Below the pieces are notes generated by a model. It was given only the letters and a program-made list of their open reading frames with translations, ran no database searches and was not told where the DNA came from. From Antedon mediterranea (Eukaryota > Animalia > Echinodermata), in contig NC_092672.1 of NCBI RefSeq assembly GCF_964355755.1, positions 30,138,437 to 30,202,436 of the forward strand: a DNA stretch of 64,000 bases, given 5' to 3'. A program made the translations under genes and the position numbers. This document shows, piece after piece, positions 13,501 to 24,445 of this stretch. Position 1 is the stretch's first letter. Each line of letters begins with the position of its first letter.

Positions 13501-16500
13501 AAAATTGCCGAACATTACTCGTGGCCAACGAAGGAGGTGCCGATGAGAGTGCCGATGGTACAACTATTGTAGACCCAGAGGGCACAATAACGATACTCCG
13601 TTTTCCAACCAACGATCTTTCGCAAACACCAGATAAAAAAACAGTTAACTTCAACGAATTTGATTCCGAGTAGGTATTATAGTAGTCTGGGTTCCAGACG
13701 GAGTTTTGACTCAATATTTTTAAAAAGATAAAAAATAGGCCTACACCGCTTTTGATTTGTGAACTCACTTGCGTTTCTCTTACGTCATTGCGTTGCGTCC
13801 TATGGGAACCATGCTTAAGACGATGATGACATCGACGACCGAAATGCACAAAGAGCAATAAAACATACGACGACACGGAGAATAAGGACGACGGAAAGAA
13901 CTAGGTAGAGAACGCGAAAGTACAACGTAAATTAAGAAATGAATATCTTTCATCATAAATTGTACAATAATTATTGAACGGAGTTTCTTATTTCCAGGAG
14001 TGCTGAATACGAATCTAAAGGTGTTCGTATACCATACAAAGGCGCCCTCAGTTCTGGCACAACAACATTCTCACAAAGCATGGAGCCAGAATATATAACA
14101 CTGAATTCAGACGAGAGTCTCGCTTATGTCACATTACAGGTAAGACTGCACGTTAAACCGCTTTTTGGTCATAAGATCTGGATTTGAACGAGAATATAGA
14201 CTTTGAGGCGTAGTGAGTGACGTTGCCGACGTCATTGACACAATGGCGTACGCTATTATAAAATTATTTTTGCACATTTTGCGTTTCATACGTATACTAC
14301 ACGAGCTCGTATTCAGACAAAAATCGTCTAGTGTGAACATAACATTTTGTCAAATGTAACTTTCCAATTTGAATTTGAATTTATAGGAAAACAACGCCAT
14401 AGCAGTCATCGACATAGCGCTTGGTGAAGTTGTCGAGATTTATCCCATGGGGCAAAAAGATTGGAGTCAACTTCAATTTGACTCAAGCGACACAGACTTA
14501 GGTAAGATATTTTGAGTTTATTGTTATAATGAAGGCAATCTAACATCAGGATACTGAAATCCAGAGATCAAAGGATTTATCCGTGGCTGCGACACGATCA
14601 GTTCCACCGCGCGCCGCGAAGAATATGTACATAGTAGAGTACTGTTGGTATTTGCCGAAGCCAGACATAAGATCAAAAGACTAACGAGTTCCTGGCGAGG
14701 CGAGCTCAGTGTCCTGTTGTTAGATTGCCTTGGTATAATCATGGGCAGCAAGTATTATATTACATTTTACGTTGCGTTTACACGAACCACCTAACTCTCG
14801 TAATATATAAGACAAATCTATAGTTATTATAGCCACAACATAATAATATTCGACAATAAACATTACTTTATTAATTTCAGAAATTAATTTGCGGTCCTGG
14901 CCGCTATTCAGCTTGTATCAACCAGACGTTGCCATGTATTTTCAAATGAATGATGGAGAAGAATATTTAGCAATGGTTAACGAAGGCAAAGTTGTCGATT
15001 ACGAAACGTCAGCGAATAACGCAACCTGGACGGAATCTATACGTGGAAATATGATACTAGCGGGTAAGTTGGTACGATTTACACAATTTAATAGTGTTTC
15101 GAGCGCACCTGTGAAAGGTCGTTTTGTTTTCTACGATAGAGAATAAAAATTATAAAACACCAGAACATTACAATTTTGGCTTTTGGTAACTATGATATAA
15201 ACGGGGATGTATTATACTTGGCAAAATAGAATTCTGCCAAGTCGTCAGTGTACTTGCTTTGTTTGCATTAGCACGATAGCGCCTACCATTTTGAAGTTAT
15301 CATTTCCCATTTACAAAATATCAATTAGTGAGCACTCTCTCTCCGAATAATATTTTCCCTGATATATTTTGCTAAACTTTATTTTAATATCAATCTATTC
15401 TCGTAATTTAAATTCTGATTATATTTTATATCATTTTTATTATCCCTTTTTTTTTTCTTAATTTCAGAGAGTTTATTGGCTGATGGTATATCTCAAGATG
15501 TTCGAGATGCTTTGCTAGATAACAACAAACTCGGTAAGCAACAAAAACATAGTTTGTCTGTAAATGTGAAGTTGAATCTTCGAACCGAGGAATAAGAAAC
15601 TCGTTTGATGTGATTTAATTGTGATAAATCGAGTGTTCTGTCAAATACACTGACAATCTCAGTGAGGTCTATTTGCACCTACTCATTGTACAGTCTTGAT
15701 GAATTTTGCTAACAGTGATTTTGTTATAGTATAATACCCAATTCATGGTTATTCATTGTGCGCATGCGGGGACATTAGAAGTATGTTATGTATTTTATCG
15801 TTTGTTAGGTCGTCTCCAATTTAGCCGAGTTGACGGTCTCGACCAACTAGGAAAAATTGAAAAGCTTCATTTTTACGGTGGACGGGGCTGGTCGATTGTC
15901 CGAGTCAAAGATATGAGCCGAGTTTATGATAGTGGTGACGAGCTGGAAAGAAAACACGCGGAGCTTTTAGCGGACGTCTTCAACGCGGACTCTTCGCCAG
16001 ACTCTGCTGCCGTCTATGACATCATAAAGCCATCGCATCTTAAAGATATGAAGTCTGATGATACGGTAAGTAAGGAGCTGTCGACTAGTTATGTCATGGT
16101 GATTCATTGTGCGCATGCGGAGACATTGGAAGGGCTTTCGCAAGCTATATTACACAACAGGTTCAATATATGCGTAGACCGTAGGTTGTACTGTTGTGGT
16201 ATTTGTCGCAGCCAGACATAAGATCAAAGGACTGTTACTAGAAATAGAAGACTACAATCGAAGACAGTTCTGATATAAGATCGTGTAGCGGCACTATATA
16301 AAATGTTGTTGACTACGCCATGTTCTCTGTTCGCTAAAAATGCCGATTAATTGTTTGTAGTTTCAATTATACGACCAACACTACCAACATTAATCGTAAT
16401 GAACAACTGCGTATACGAAAAACAATCGAAACGGTTGTGATAAAAGATCGTGTAGTGGCGCTAATATTTTGGTTGTGATAGATTCCGAGACAACGCCAAG

Positions 16501-17647
16501 TTCGGAAATTATGATAGTCGCTTCTACCACCACATCACAATGCTTCCTTCCTCTAGTATTCCTTTTTAACCCTTGTGTTAAACAATATCAAGAAAATAAA
16601 TATAAAATTTATGTTTTAAAGGGACCCGAGTGCGAGTCTATAGTCATCGGAGATATAGACGGCAAGAAGCTATTCTTCATTGGTGTGGAAGGTTCATCTA
16701 GCATTGCTATCTACAGCATGGATTCTAGTCTTCAACCACAATTTGAGTCTCTCTATAGAGCCGGCAACATAGATGCAAGTTTTAAGTCAATTTACGACAG
16801 CCGACATGCCGGGGATTTAGACCCAGAAGGATTAAGGTTTGAGTTCGCGCTTTAATAATTTTGAGTCATTAAGTTTCCTGTTAGTGGGAACCGAGCTTCA
16901 GACAGCATATCATATTGCCATTTGAATGATATCATTCGCTCTAATCAGGGAGTTACAACTCCCTGCTCTAATACAGTAGTATAGAAGCCTCTCTTCTTTA
17001 GGACACCTTAAAGCGTGGTTCCCACTAGCGACGCAACGCAAGAACGTAACGCAACGCAAGTGAATTGACCAATCACAAGCGATGGCTTATTCGCTTGTGA
17101 TTGCTAACTGTCTATAACTTCGCTTGTCATTGGTTAAAACGCTTGCGTTGCGTTTACGTCCTTGCGTTACGTTCTAGTGGGAACCAAGCTTCAGGGGACA
17201 TTTTTCATTCATTAGAGGAATAGATGTATAACCACTACAACCAACGTATGATACGCAAGGGCTTCGACGTAGAGCAAATCCTCTGCATTGCCTCATATTG
17301 GAAATTTAATCTTAATTTTTCATTTTTTTACATAGATTTATTTCAGCTGAAGATAGTCCAACTGGCAAACCATCTTTATTAGTTACAGGAACAGTCAGTG
17401 GAACTGTGTCACTTTATGAAATCGTTGACCAAGGTATATTCTCAAAATATTTTGTTACATTTTATTGTTTTAAAAGCAATATAATTTTTAAAAAAATTTG
17501 GATAATACTTTAACTTCCAATTGTTTGATATGTTTTTATTTATTTTTAAATATAGGTATTAATGGAGGTACATCAACGTATCAAACATCAGCGTGGCTTT
17601 TGATTGGAATGACGATTCTGTCAATGTTAATACAAAGCCAATTATAA
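1515..17647 (+). CDS. msp130-like: MSP130-family mesenchyme-specific cell-surface glycoprotein (choice-of-anchor I / alkaline-phosphatase-related), ~593 aa, signal peptide plus predicted GPI signal
   Basis: 11 GT-AG, phase-consistent exons: 1515-1701, 12639-12863, 13468-13669, 13998-14139, 14387-14501, 14881-15063, 15468-15533, 15809-16065, 16622-16836, 17336-17433, 17556-17647 (1782 nt). Family motifs: AAEISAFDP, VGPEPSMLTFT..LLVANEG, DPEGTITI, EPEYIT..AYVTLQENNAIA, YQPD, GGRGWSI, YDSGD, SDDTGPECE, GDLDPEGLRFI, LLVTGTVSGTVSLY. Hydrophobic N-terminus and C-terminal hydrophobic tail (SAWLLIGMTILSMLIQSQL). Confidence 0.92.
1814..3900 (-). mobile_element. Long HINE family 1 copy with an internal 260-bp tandem duplication (2126-2645), interrupted by a LINE fragment
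   Basis: Same termini and microsatellite as 265-385. Near-identical direct repeats at 2126-2385 and 2386-2645. Element sequence resumes at ~3838. Confidence 0.55.
2900..3832 (+). mobile_element. 5'-truncated LINE (L2/CR1 group), RT C-terminal fragment
   Basis: ORF 2981-3328 reads KLLGVQITNDLKWNMHI..YISHIRPVTEYACPVWH..ELESI. It is followed by AATAAA and an (AATG)n tail at ~3807-3832. Confidence 0.8.
5005..5337 (-). mobile_element. tRNA-derived SINE
   Basis: The reverse strand starts AGCGAGTCATATGGCCTAGCGGTTAAGG (A box) and carries GGTTCGAGGCC (B box-like). Body includes TCTTCTCGGATAAGGACTATAAACC and TTTAAAGAACCCAG. A second, degenerate copy lies on + at ~30534-30965. Confidence 0.7.
5884..7995 (-). 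CDS. Uncharacterised single-pass (type II-like) membrane protein gene lying antisense within MSP130-like intron 1
   Basis: Exon 7995-7782 encodes MDSSPGTSKD..KQRQKVNLLLCTLGVLLVILMIVAVSMAGPLRPKPYDK and ends at G|GTAAG. Exon 6804-6718 (87 nt, phase 1-1, TTTCTCTTAG acceptor, G|GTAAA donor) is open: EESSVDNTKITIKLEGTDKEVKPTLQTNT. A tentative last exon 5930-5884 reads GLAFSYERIYNEKVI*. Confidence 0.6.
10230..12110 (-). mobile_element. Highly decayed Polinton/Maverick (adintovirus-like) protein-primed DNA polymerase B relic
   Basis: Collinear degenerate motifs on the minus strand. Exo III-like NYCTHN..FR..AFQLTVTAHLCKLVF (~12110-11975). VSR-like insert GIEINGF..VLFTACYYYGGC (~11760-11657). Motif A remnant N-M-S-S-S-*-T, comparable to DxxSxYP (11145-11125). 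EIGFKI (~10860-10845). FLTAYMRFKF (~10560-10533). V*TSI and FISTGQ (~10500-10440). Interrupted by MITEs. Confidence 0.55.
12113..12291. mobile_element. PIF/Harbinger-like MITE family A (TIR AGCKTGGTTCCCACTAG)
   Basis: Terminal inverted repeats in a TAA/TTA context. Inverted near-identical copy at 17012-17190. Other copies at 42578-42734, ~34093-34435, ~11450-11580 and ~46612-46796. Confidence 0.75.
14532..14731. mobile_element. MITE family D (TIR AGGCAATCTAACA)
   Basis: AAGGCAATCTAACA ... TGTTAGATTGCCTT. Related copies at ~12906-13102, ~46837-47062, and a partial copy at ~16190-16240. Confidence 0.65.
17012..17190. mobile_element. MITE family A copy
   Basis: Near-exact reverse complement of 12113-12291. 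Confidence 0.75.
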
Positions 17648-17831
17648 ACTTGTATTCAAGTTCAGAGTTAATTGTACTGTAAAGGGTGTAAAATACAGTT
17701 GGTGGCACCAGGTTATGCCAAACGGAGGGGTTGAATTGCCAAACAGGGGCCTAGCTGCCAATTACAAATTATCTCATGTAAGCCTATTTCAGTTGCAATA
17801 GCCTGATAAACAATTAGTAGTACTTGACTAA

Positions 17832-17986
17832 AGCTCTATCTACACTATCAAACTATTTTGACAAAAATAGTGTGATGTGCCCAAACATGGTAGTGATATG
17901 TCCAAATATGGTAGTGATATGACATCATCACGTCTATATATGGGCTTTTTTGTTGTCACATAAAGTTTGATAGTGTAGACAGAGCT
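17832..17986. mobile_element. PIF/Harbinger-like MITE family B (TIR AGCTCTGTCTACACTATCAAACT)
   Basis: ~23-bp terminal inverted repeats with TAA/TTA flanks. Copies at 18245-18383, 29051-29210, 29542-29702, 40157-40323, 43797-43951, a partial copy at 10078-10190, and an interrupted copy at 34675-35345. Confidence 0.8.
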
Positions 17987-19344
17987 TAAGAATGTAATTA
18001 ACCAAAGCATACAAATAGGTATGCTATGTATTTAAATACTTTTAAACAGGGTAAATCGAAGGGTATAAGAATAAGGAATGGGGATAATGATGTGGCCAAA
18101 TATGGTAGTGATATGCCCAAATATGGTAGTAATATGACATCATGGGTATATATGGGCACATCAAGACATATTAACAGGGTAAATGGTAATTAAAGGGAGG
18201 TGGTTTGCTCAATGAATGAGAAAATAGGTATCATCCAATTATAAACCTCTGTCTATGCTATCAAACATATGTGACAAAAAATGTGATGTGCCCATATATG
18301 GACATGATGATGTCATATCACTACCATATTTGGGCACATCACACTTTTTTTTGTCAAACTAGTTTGATAGTGTAGACAGAGAATTAGAGTGTTATGATAC
18401 AGTACAGTTCTAATAGAAAAATCTTTAGAATTTCACATTGAGGATGAGTGGAATAATGAGAGAAAATTATTTTTATCCTTTTTAAAAACAATAAAAGCAT
18501 GTTAATAAATAATTAGTCTATGCGGTAGTTATAGTATTTGTTAAAGGAAAACTATTTTGACACACATGGAGTGCCATACTACATTCTCCAAATTTTCCAA
18601 TCTTCAGGATTTCACAAATTTAACAATGAGAGCAAATTATTTTGATCCTTTTTAAAAGCACTAAAAGCATGTTAGTATTAGTCTATGAGATACTGTAGGC
18701 TTAATATTTGTTAAAGGAAACCCATTTTGGCACACATGGAGTGTCATACTAAATTCTCCAATCAAGATTATTTTTGAACGATTTAAAAATCAAGGTGTGA
18801 ACATTAATTGTTTGTTTTTAAACAATTCTTCCACTTGGAGCTAGGGGAAGATCCAGGATTTTAGAGAAAGAGGCGGATGAAATATTTTTTAATCAATAGC
18901 GATTCAAAAATGAAATATATGTTATAATAAATAATGACTTAATTTTATTTTGATGGTCAAAAGAGCGGAGGGTGACCCTAAACGTTCGTATTCTTAAACT
19001 GAATGTTAGTTCGAACTACGACTAAAGTCTGGTTTAAAAACATGGGTGTAAAAATTGAAACCAAATCAAATGCTAGTAGACACTGTACTGAGGATTCCAT
19101 AAACATTCCAAATATTATTTGATTTTAATATTTTAATAAACAAAAATTATTATTATTATTATTATGTACAGATATATATATATATATATCACTTTTGAGA
19201 TTCTATAATATTATATAACTATATCTACTATATAGTAAAGCAAATTGTCTTTGTATTCACATTTACATTTGTGTTGACCCGTTTCTCATTGGAAGAAAAC
19301 ATATAGAGTAGAACATTAGAAGTTGCCATAAAGGTTGCTGAATG

Positions 19345-22300
19345 TCACCTCTTAACACATACTTCTTCAACATTCAGTTGCATCTGTAAATTACAATATT
19401 ATTAATATTAAATATTAATTTAAAATAATTAATATTGAATATTAAAAGTGCCCACTTCCAAGAGGAGCGACTCAAAGAAACAATAAATGCCATTTGCAAA
19501 TGAGACAAAACAGTATGTATGACACGGTGAAGTTGACAAAATGAAGGAAGAACAATTTGTATGTGTAGATTAATAGATAAATTCATAATGGAGTTTTATT
19601 ATAGAATTACCTGAAACAAGTCATTTTCCATAGACTTCAGAGGTATTAGTTTTGAATCTTCCATTGAACAAATACATTTATCAGCTTCTACCCATGGAAA
19701 ATCCTATGAGATAAATATGAATTAGTGTATTAAAAGTTTACAATACTTAGGAGGAATAGATATCCACAAGTTCAATCAGCCTAGAACCTTATTTAGTGTC
19801 ATAGTTCAGATAATGGAAGCTAGTTTAATCACATTATATGATATAATGACAGTTCTCTATACCCAACAGAGCATACGGTTGTCTAACGGTATGGACACCA
19901 GGTTTAGTGATCTGGAAGTTGTGGTTCAAATCAAAACAAACTTCCAAACCTTAACAATTCAATTATATGTACTTGTTAAAATTATATCAAGAGTTAGACA
20001 AGATCTTATTTTATAAGCAATATTGGTGAAAATACAAAAGAACTTTTATATACCTGTATTAATTGTTGATTCTCCATTTCACCTATAACAGCATTGTCCT
20101 TTGTGTAAACCAGAATTGCAAAGGAACAGCCTATAAAAGTATAAAATTAAGTTAAATATTAGATCATATATTAAAATATAACAGTTTAAACTGTTGAAGA
20201 ATTGTATTTTCATGGTAATTTGTTATCACTTCTGAAAACGATTAAACTTCAAATTCTGGAACTCCTAACTTGGAAAAATTAAATATTGGGAGGTTTTTAC
20301 CAAATCTTATTCAAAATATAGATGGCGGATTTTTTTGTAAACATAAAACCATAGAGGGTGCTATTAAAAATGAAATATTGATAGGTTATACCAAATCTTA
20401 TTCAAAATATAGATGGCGCTATAATTTTTTTTTTTAACATAAAACCATAGAGGGTGCTATTAAAAATGAAATATTAAGGAGGTTTTACCAAATCTTATTA
20501 AAATTATAGATGGCGTTATTTTTTTAAACAAATCAAATCTTATCCAAAATATAGAGGGTGCTATAATATTTTTGAAAAATAAATACGACCATAGAGGGTG
20601 CTATTAAAATTGAAATATCGGGAGGTTTACCAAATCATATTCAAAATATAGAGGATGCTATAATATTTTGAAAAATACATACAATCATAGAGGGTGCTAT
20701 TAAAAATGAAATATCGCGAGGTTTACCAAATCATATTCAAAATATAGAGGGTGCTATAATATTTCGAAAAATAAAAACAACCATAGAGGGCTCTATTAAA
20801 AATGTAAAGGTATTGGCATTTAAAAATAAACATGTCAGACGTGAATACATGAATTATTATAAACATCTTGCAGACCAATATTTAGCAAATTTTCTTTTTT
20901 TTTATCTAGAGTAATAGAAAGTAGAAAATTTGGGATATTTTTGTTTATCCAAAATATCTGGAGGAAATTGCATTTTATCATGAGATAACTCAACTTATCT
21001 GAGTAAATTGCATTTATTGTGAGATAACTAAAAATATCGGGAGGAAATTGTATTTTATCATGAGATAACTCAACTTATCTGAGTAAATTGCATTTATTGT
21101 GAGATAACTAAAAATATCGGGAGGAAATTGTATTTTATCGTGAGATAACTCAACATATCCGGAGGAAATTGTATTTTATCGTGAGATAACTCAACATATC
21201 GGGAGGAAATTACATTTTTTCTGAGGAGCTGTACACACAATGCCTACCCTAAACGGATATGAATTCAACATATTAGATTTAACAGTACATAGCTTTAAAC
21301 ATACCTTCTGTTATATTGTCAAGTAGTGAGTCGCTTATATTAATCTTCAAAATAAAACTTCTAAACGCTTGTTCAATTGCAAAAAGATACTCATCACCAC
21401 TAAAAAAAATATTAAAATGTTAGATGTTCATTATACCAGACAGATTTTTAGTTGTTAGTTGGTTCTAGTCTTGGCTATTTTTGTAAGGTCTAGGCTACAG
21501 ACTTTCTAAATAATAATAGGGACTTTACAAAATACGACGGTTAGGAGAGGACGACGAATATCCCGTGTTCGGTAAAGCGTAAAATTATAATACAGTCAAC
21601 GTAGCCGTATTAGTTACGCACCGTTGCGCGAGGACGATGACCGACAGTCACTCCCTCCCATGTCTGTCCCCTGTTCATAAATTTATTTTCATTTAATTTT
21701 AACACTACCAACAATTCTTATTCAGACCAGTTTTAATGCGCCCTTGTTTTTCATGTTTTCCTTTAAACTGTATATATACACATTTTTTTTGGCTCTGATG
21801 CTTCATCTGCACCCAAAAGTTTAACCTCATTTTGAGCTGTAAAGGGATCAATGCACCAAATTAGGAAACTCCTATCAAAGGGACACCTTGGTGGGTCCTA
21901 CTGGAGGTTCTATTGTAACTAAATAAGAAGCATTACCTTATAGACTTTTTCATGAGAGAAGAAATCTCAAAGACAAATCTTTCAATTGGTTTATTACTTG
22001 AGTTCAGTATTACTACAGTAACACCATGTACTTCATCCTAAAACAATTAAAACATGTTGAACTTTTTCGTTTTCTTTTATTTCATGTTTTGGTTGACAGT
22101 ACAACAATACAGACAGAGTTTCAACTTATTTATATTGATAATAGTGATAATGATGATGATAATGATGATGATGATGATGATGATAATGATTATGATCATC
22201 ATCATTGGTAAATCTGTGCTCTGTGATATATTTCAATATAATAATAAATCCAAAGGAAAATTTTGAAAATGACAAAGCTGTGTGTATCAGTGGCTAGATC

Positions 22301-24073
22301 TCAATGAGAGATACAAATAAAGTAATAAGCAAATAATAAATCCAAACAATAAAGTAAGCAGATCTTTTGGGCAAAACCAGCTCTTCTTCAGTGAATATAA
22401 TATAATAATAGATAATATTTGAATAAAAAAATGCTAAAATAAGTTGATTAAAAGATATTTTGAACAACACTTTTTGTCACTTAATCAGATTTTTGATAAT
22501 GTCGATTTTAACTCATAGGTAAGGAACTTACCTTACTCAGTAGTGGCTTAATACCGAGAATGGTGTCTTTGATGTATTTATTGACCTCAGGATGTTGCGA
22601 CATCTAAATCAAGATAAAATAATTATACAAATTGATATTGATGATTGATTGCAGTTGTTTATTGATTTATTTTTGTGGAAATTTTGGTAATATTAAAAAC
22701 AAATTTATTATTAAAGATGTATTGTCCCTTTGACTAATTCCCAAAAAAATATTTTTTTTTATTTCGAAAAAAAGTGGGTAATTTTGAAGTATCATAATAG
22801 TTATTAACTTTCACCAAAAATTAGTCAAAAAAAAAAAGTAATTTAACCGAAATACAGATGTTTTTTTGTTCAAAGAATAACTTTGACTTCCAGTCAAAGT
22901 TTTCAATCAAAACATATCCCATAATGCAATGCGCTTGTTTGGCTACTCTGTATGCATAATCATAAAACTTCCTCGTGATCTGTGTGAAAACACCTTCTCA
23001 ACCGTGATGAGTTGTAAACAATCCTAATTAGCATCATGCATAATGCATACTCATGGTTTGAAATCTTTGTTTACTTTCGCTTGCGACGATTTCTCAGACG
23101 AATTTTATGCCATACTACTGTAGTTCTTAGTAAAGCCTAAAATAAAGGTATTCACACCTGTTCTGGTTAGGTGCCAATGGATATTACGTTTTCACGGCGC
23201 TCCACACTGCAATTGATATGTGCATTAGCAGCGTGAAAACGAAACATTTACATTTGGTTTGATTTGCCAGAACAGGTGAGAAATTTTCACTGAAAGAACC
23301 TTAGTACCTGAACGGGAATGTTGTATTTGCAACATTTTTCAAAGATTCCTGCTGGATAGAGTTTGCGAATATAAAGGATCTGGTGAAGCGCCACTTCTAA
23401 AAATTCACACAGGACATCCGCTGTTGCTGTAAATGAAATACAGTATAAGTAGGAAAGGAAAGGGTAGTAAAATATAATAAAAATAAAACCCCACCTACCA
23501 GTCCATCATGATAGATCTAACCTATAAATACAAAATGTTATAATATAGCCTAGCCTAGACCTAGGCTAGCTGTATGTTGGGCTTGCTACAGTAGGTTAGT
23601 TGTAGCCTGCTGGGCCTGGCCCTAGCCCCTCTCCCTAGCTAGGCTAGAAAGTGCAGAACAGCAGTTTACGCCTAGGCCTAGCCTAAATTAAAATAATATT
23701 AATAAACTAGCTAGGCCCTATCTACTACTAGCTAGGCCTATATATAGGCCCGCCTAGCTAGGCCTAGCCTAACTGAGGTATTTTAATTCATATAGGCCTA
23801 GCCTCTATATAGGCCTAGGCCTACTAATTACTAGCTAGGCCTACTAGCTAGCTAGGCTATAAATAATATAGTAGCCTAGGCCGGCCCTACTAGGCCTAGG
23901 CTAGCTAGCTAGCTAGGCCTAGCTAGGCCTAATAGATAGGCTAGTTAGGCCTAGGCTAGCTAGGCTATACTATACTATAATAGGCCTTAGGCCTATCTTC
24001 TATTTATGCTAAAAGAAGTGAATTGGTTAATTTTATATTTACCCTCATTTAAATTTGGTTTACCAGGATCCAT
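19345..24073 (-). CDS. MAD2L2: Mitotic spindle assembly checkpoint protein MAD2B / REV7 (HORMA domain), 208 aa
   Basis: 8 exons: 24073-24043, 23426-23308, 22603-22532, 22037-21937, 21399-21305, 20130-20054, 19703-19611, 19383-19345 (627 nt). Translation includes [88 protein letters not shown], matching REV7. Confidence 0.96.
20270..20810. repeat. Minisatellite, ~110-120-bp unit, in a MAD2L2 intron
   Basis: About 5 copies of GAGGTTTTACCAAATCTTATTCAAAATATAGATGGCG..ACCATAGAGGGTGCTATTAAAAATGAAATAT. Confidence 0.8.
20950..21225. repeat. Minisatellite, ~40-bp unit
   Basis: About 7 copies of GAGGAAATTGYATTTTATCRTGAGATAACTCAAC. Confidence 0.8.
22141..22205. repeat. (GAT/AAT)n microsatellite
   Basis: ATGATGATGATAATGATG... 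run inside a MAD2L2 intron. Confidence 0.9.
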
Positions 24074-24120
24074 TGTATATTATAAAGTACCGTAGGCCTA
24101 GGCCTAGTCTTAGGCCGGCC
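23545..24120. repeat. Low-complexity TAGGCCTA/CTAG palindrome-rich tract around MAD2L2 exon 1
   Basis: Dozens of overlapping TAGGCCTA, CTAG and TAGCTA motifs with no fixed period. Confidence 0.8.
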
Positions 24121-24445
24121 ACAGACAGTCTCTATCTTCCAACAAGTATGGGCAAGTAAAGTGCCTCTCTCGGTGTCCAAAGATTGTATAGCGCCACCAC
24201 ACCGCGAATCGCAATGATTTGCTCCTCCTCACCCACACACCCCCCCACAAACAACACACAGTCACTGAAAGCTGACTTTTGATTGGTGCTTATTTTGTTT
24301 ATTGAAAACATTGTACCAATAGAAATTCAGTTTTTTAATGTCAGCTGACAGTGCAAATATGATCAGGTGGTCTCGTCGAGAGAATCCAATCCATACACAA
24401 CAAAACATGAAATGTGATTCTGTGAAAGTATACTGATTATTAATT
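24074..24445. promoter_or_regulatory. Probable bidirectional promoter of MAD2L2 and SIGMAR1
   Basis: The two divergent start codons are separated by only 372 bp. Confidence 0.6.

Noticed and set aside
22026-22266. Poly-Asp and poly-Met ORFs
   Set aside because: They are translations of a (GAT)n microsatellite inside a MAD2L2 intron.
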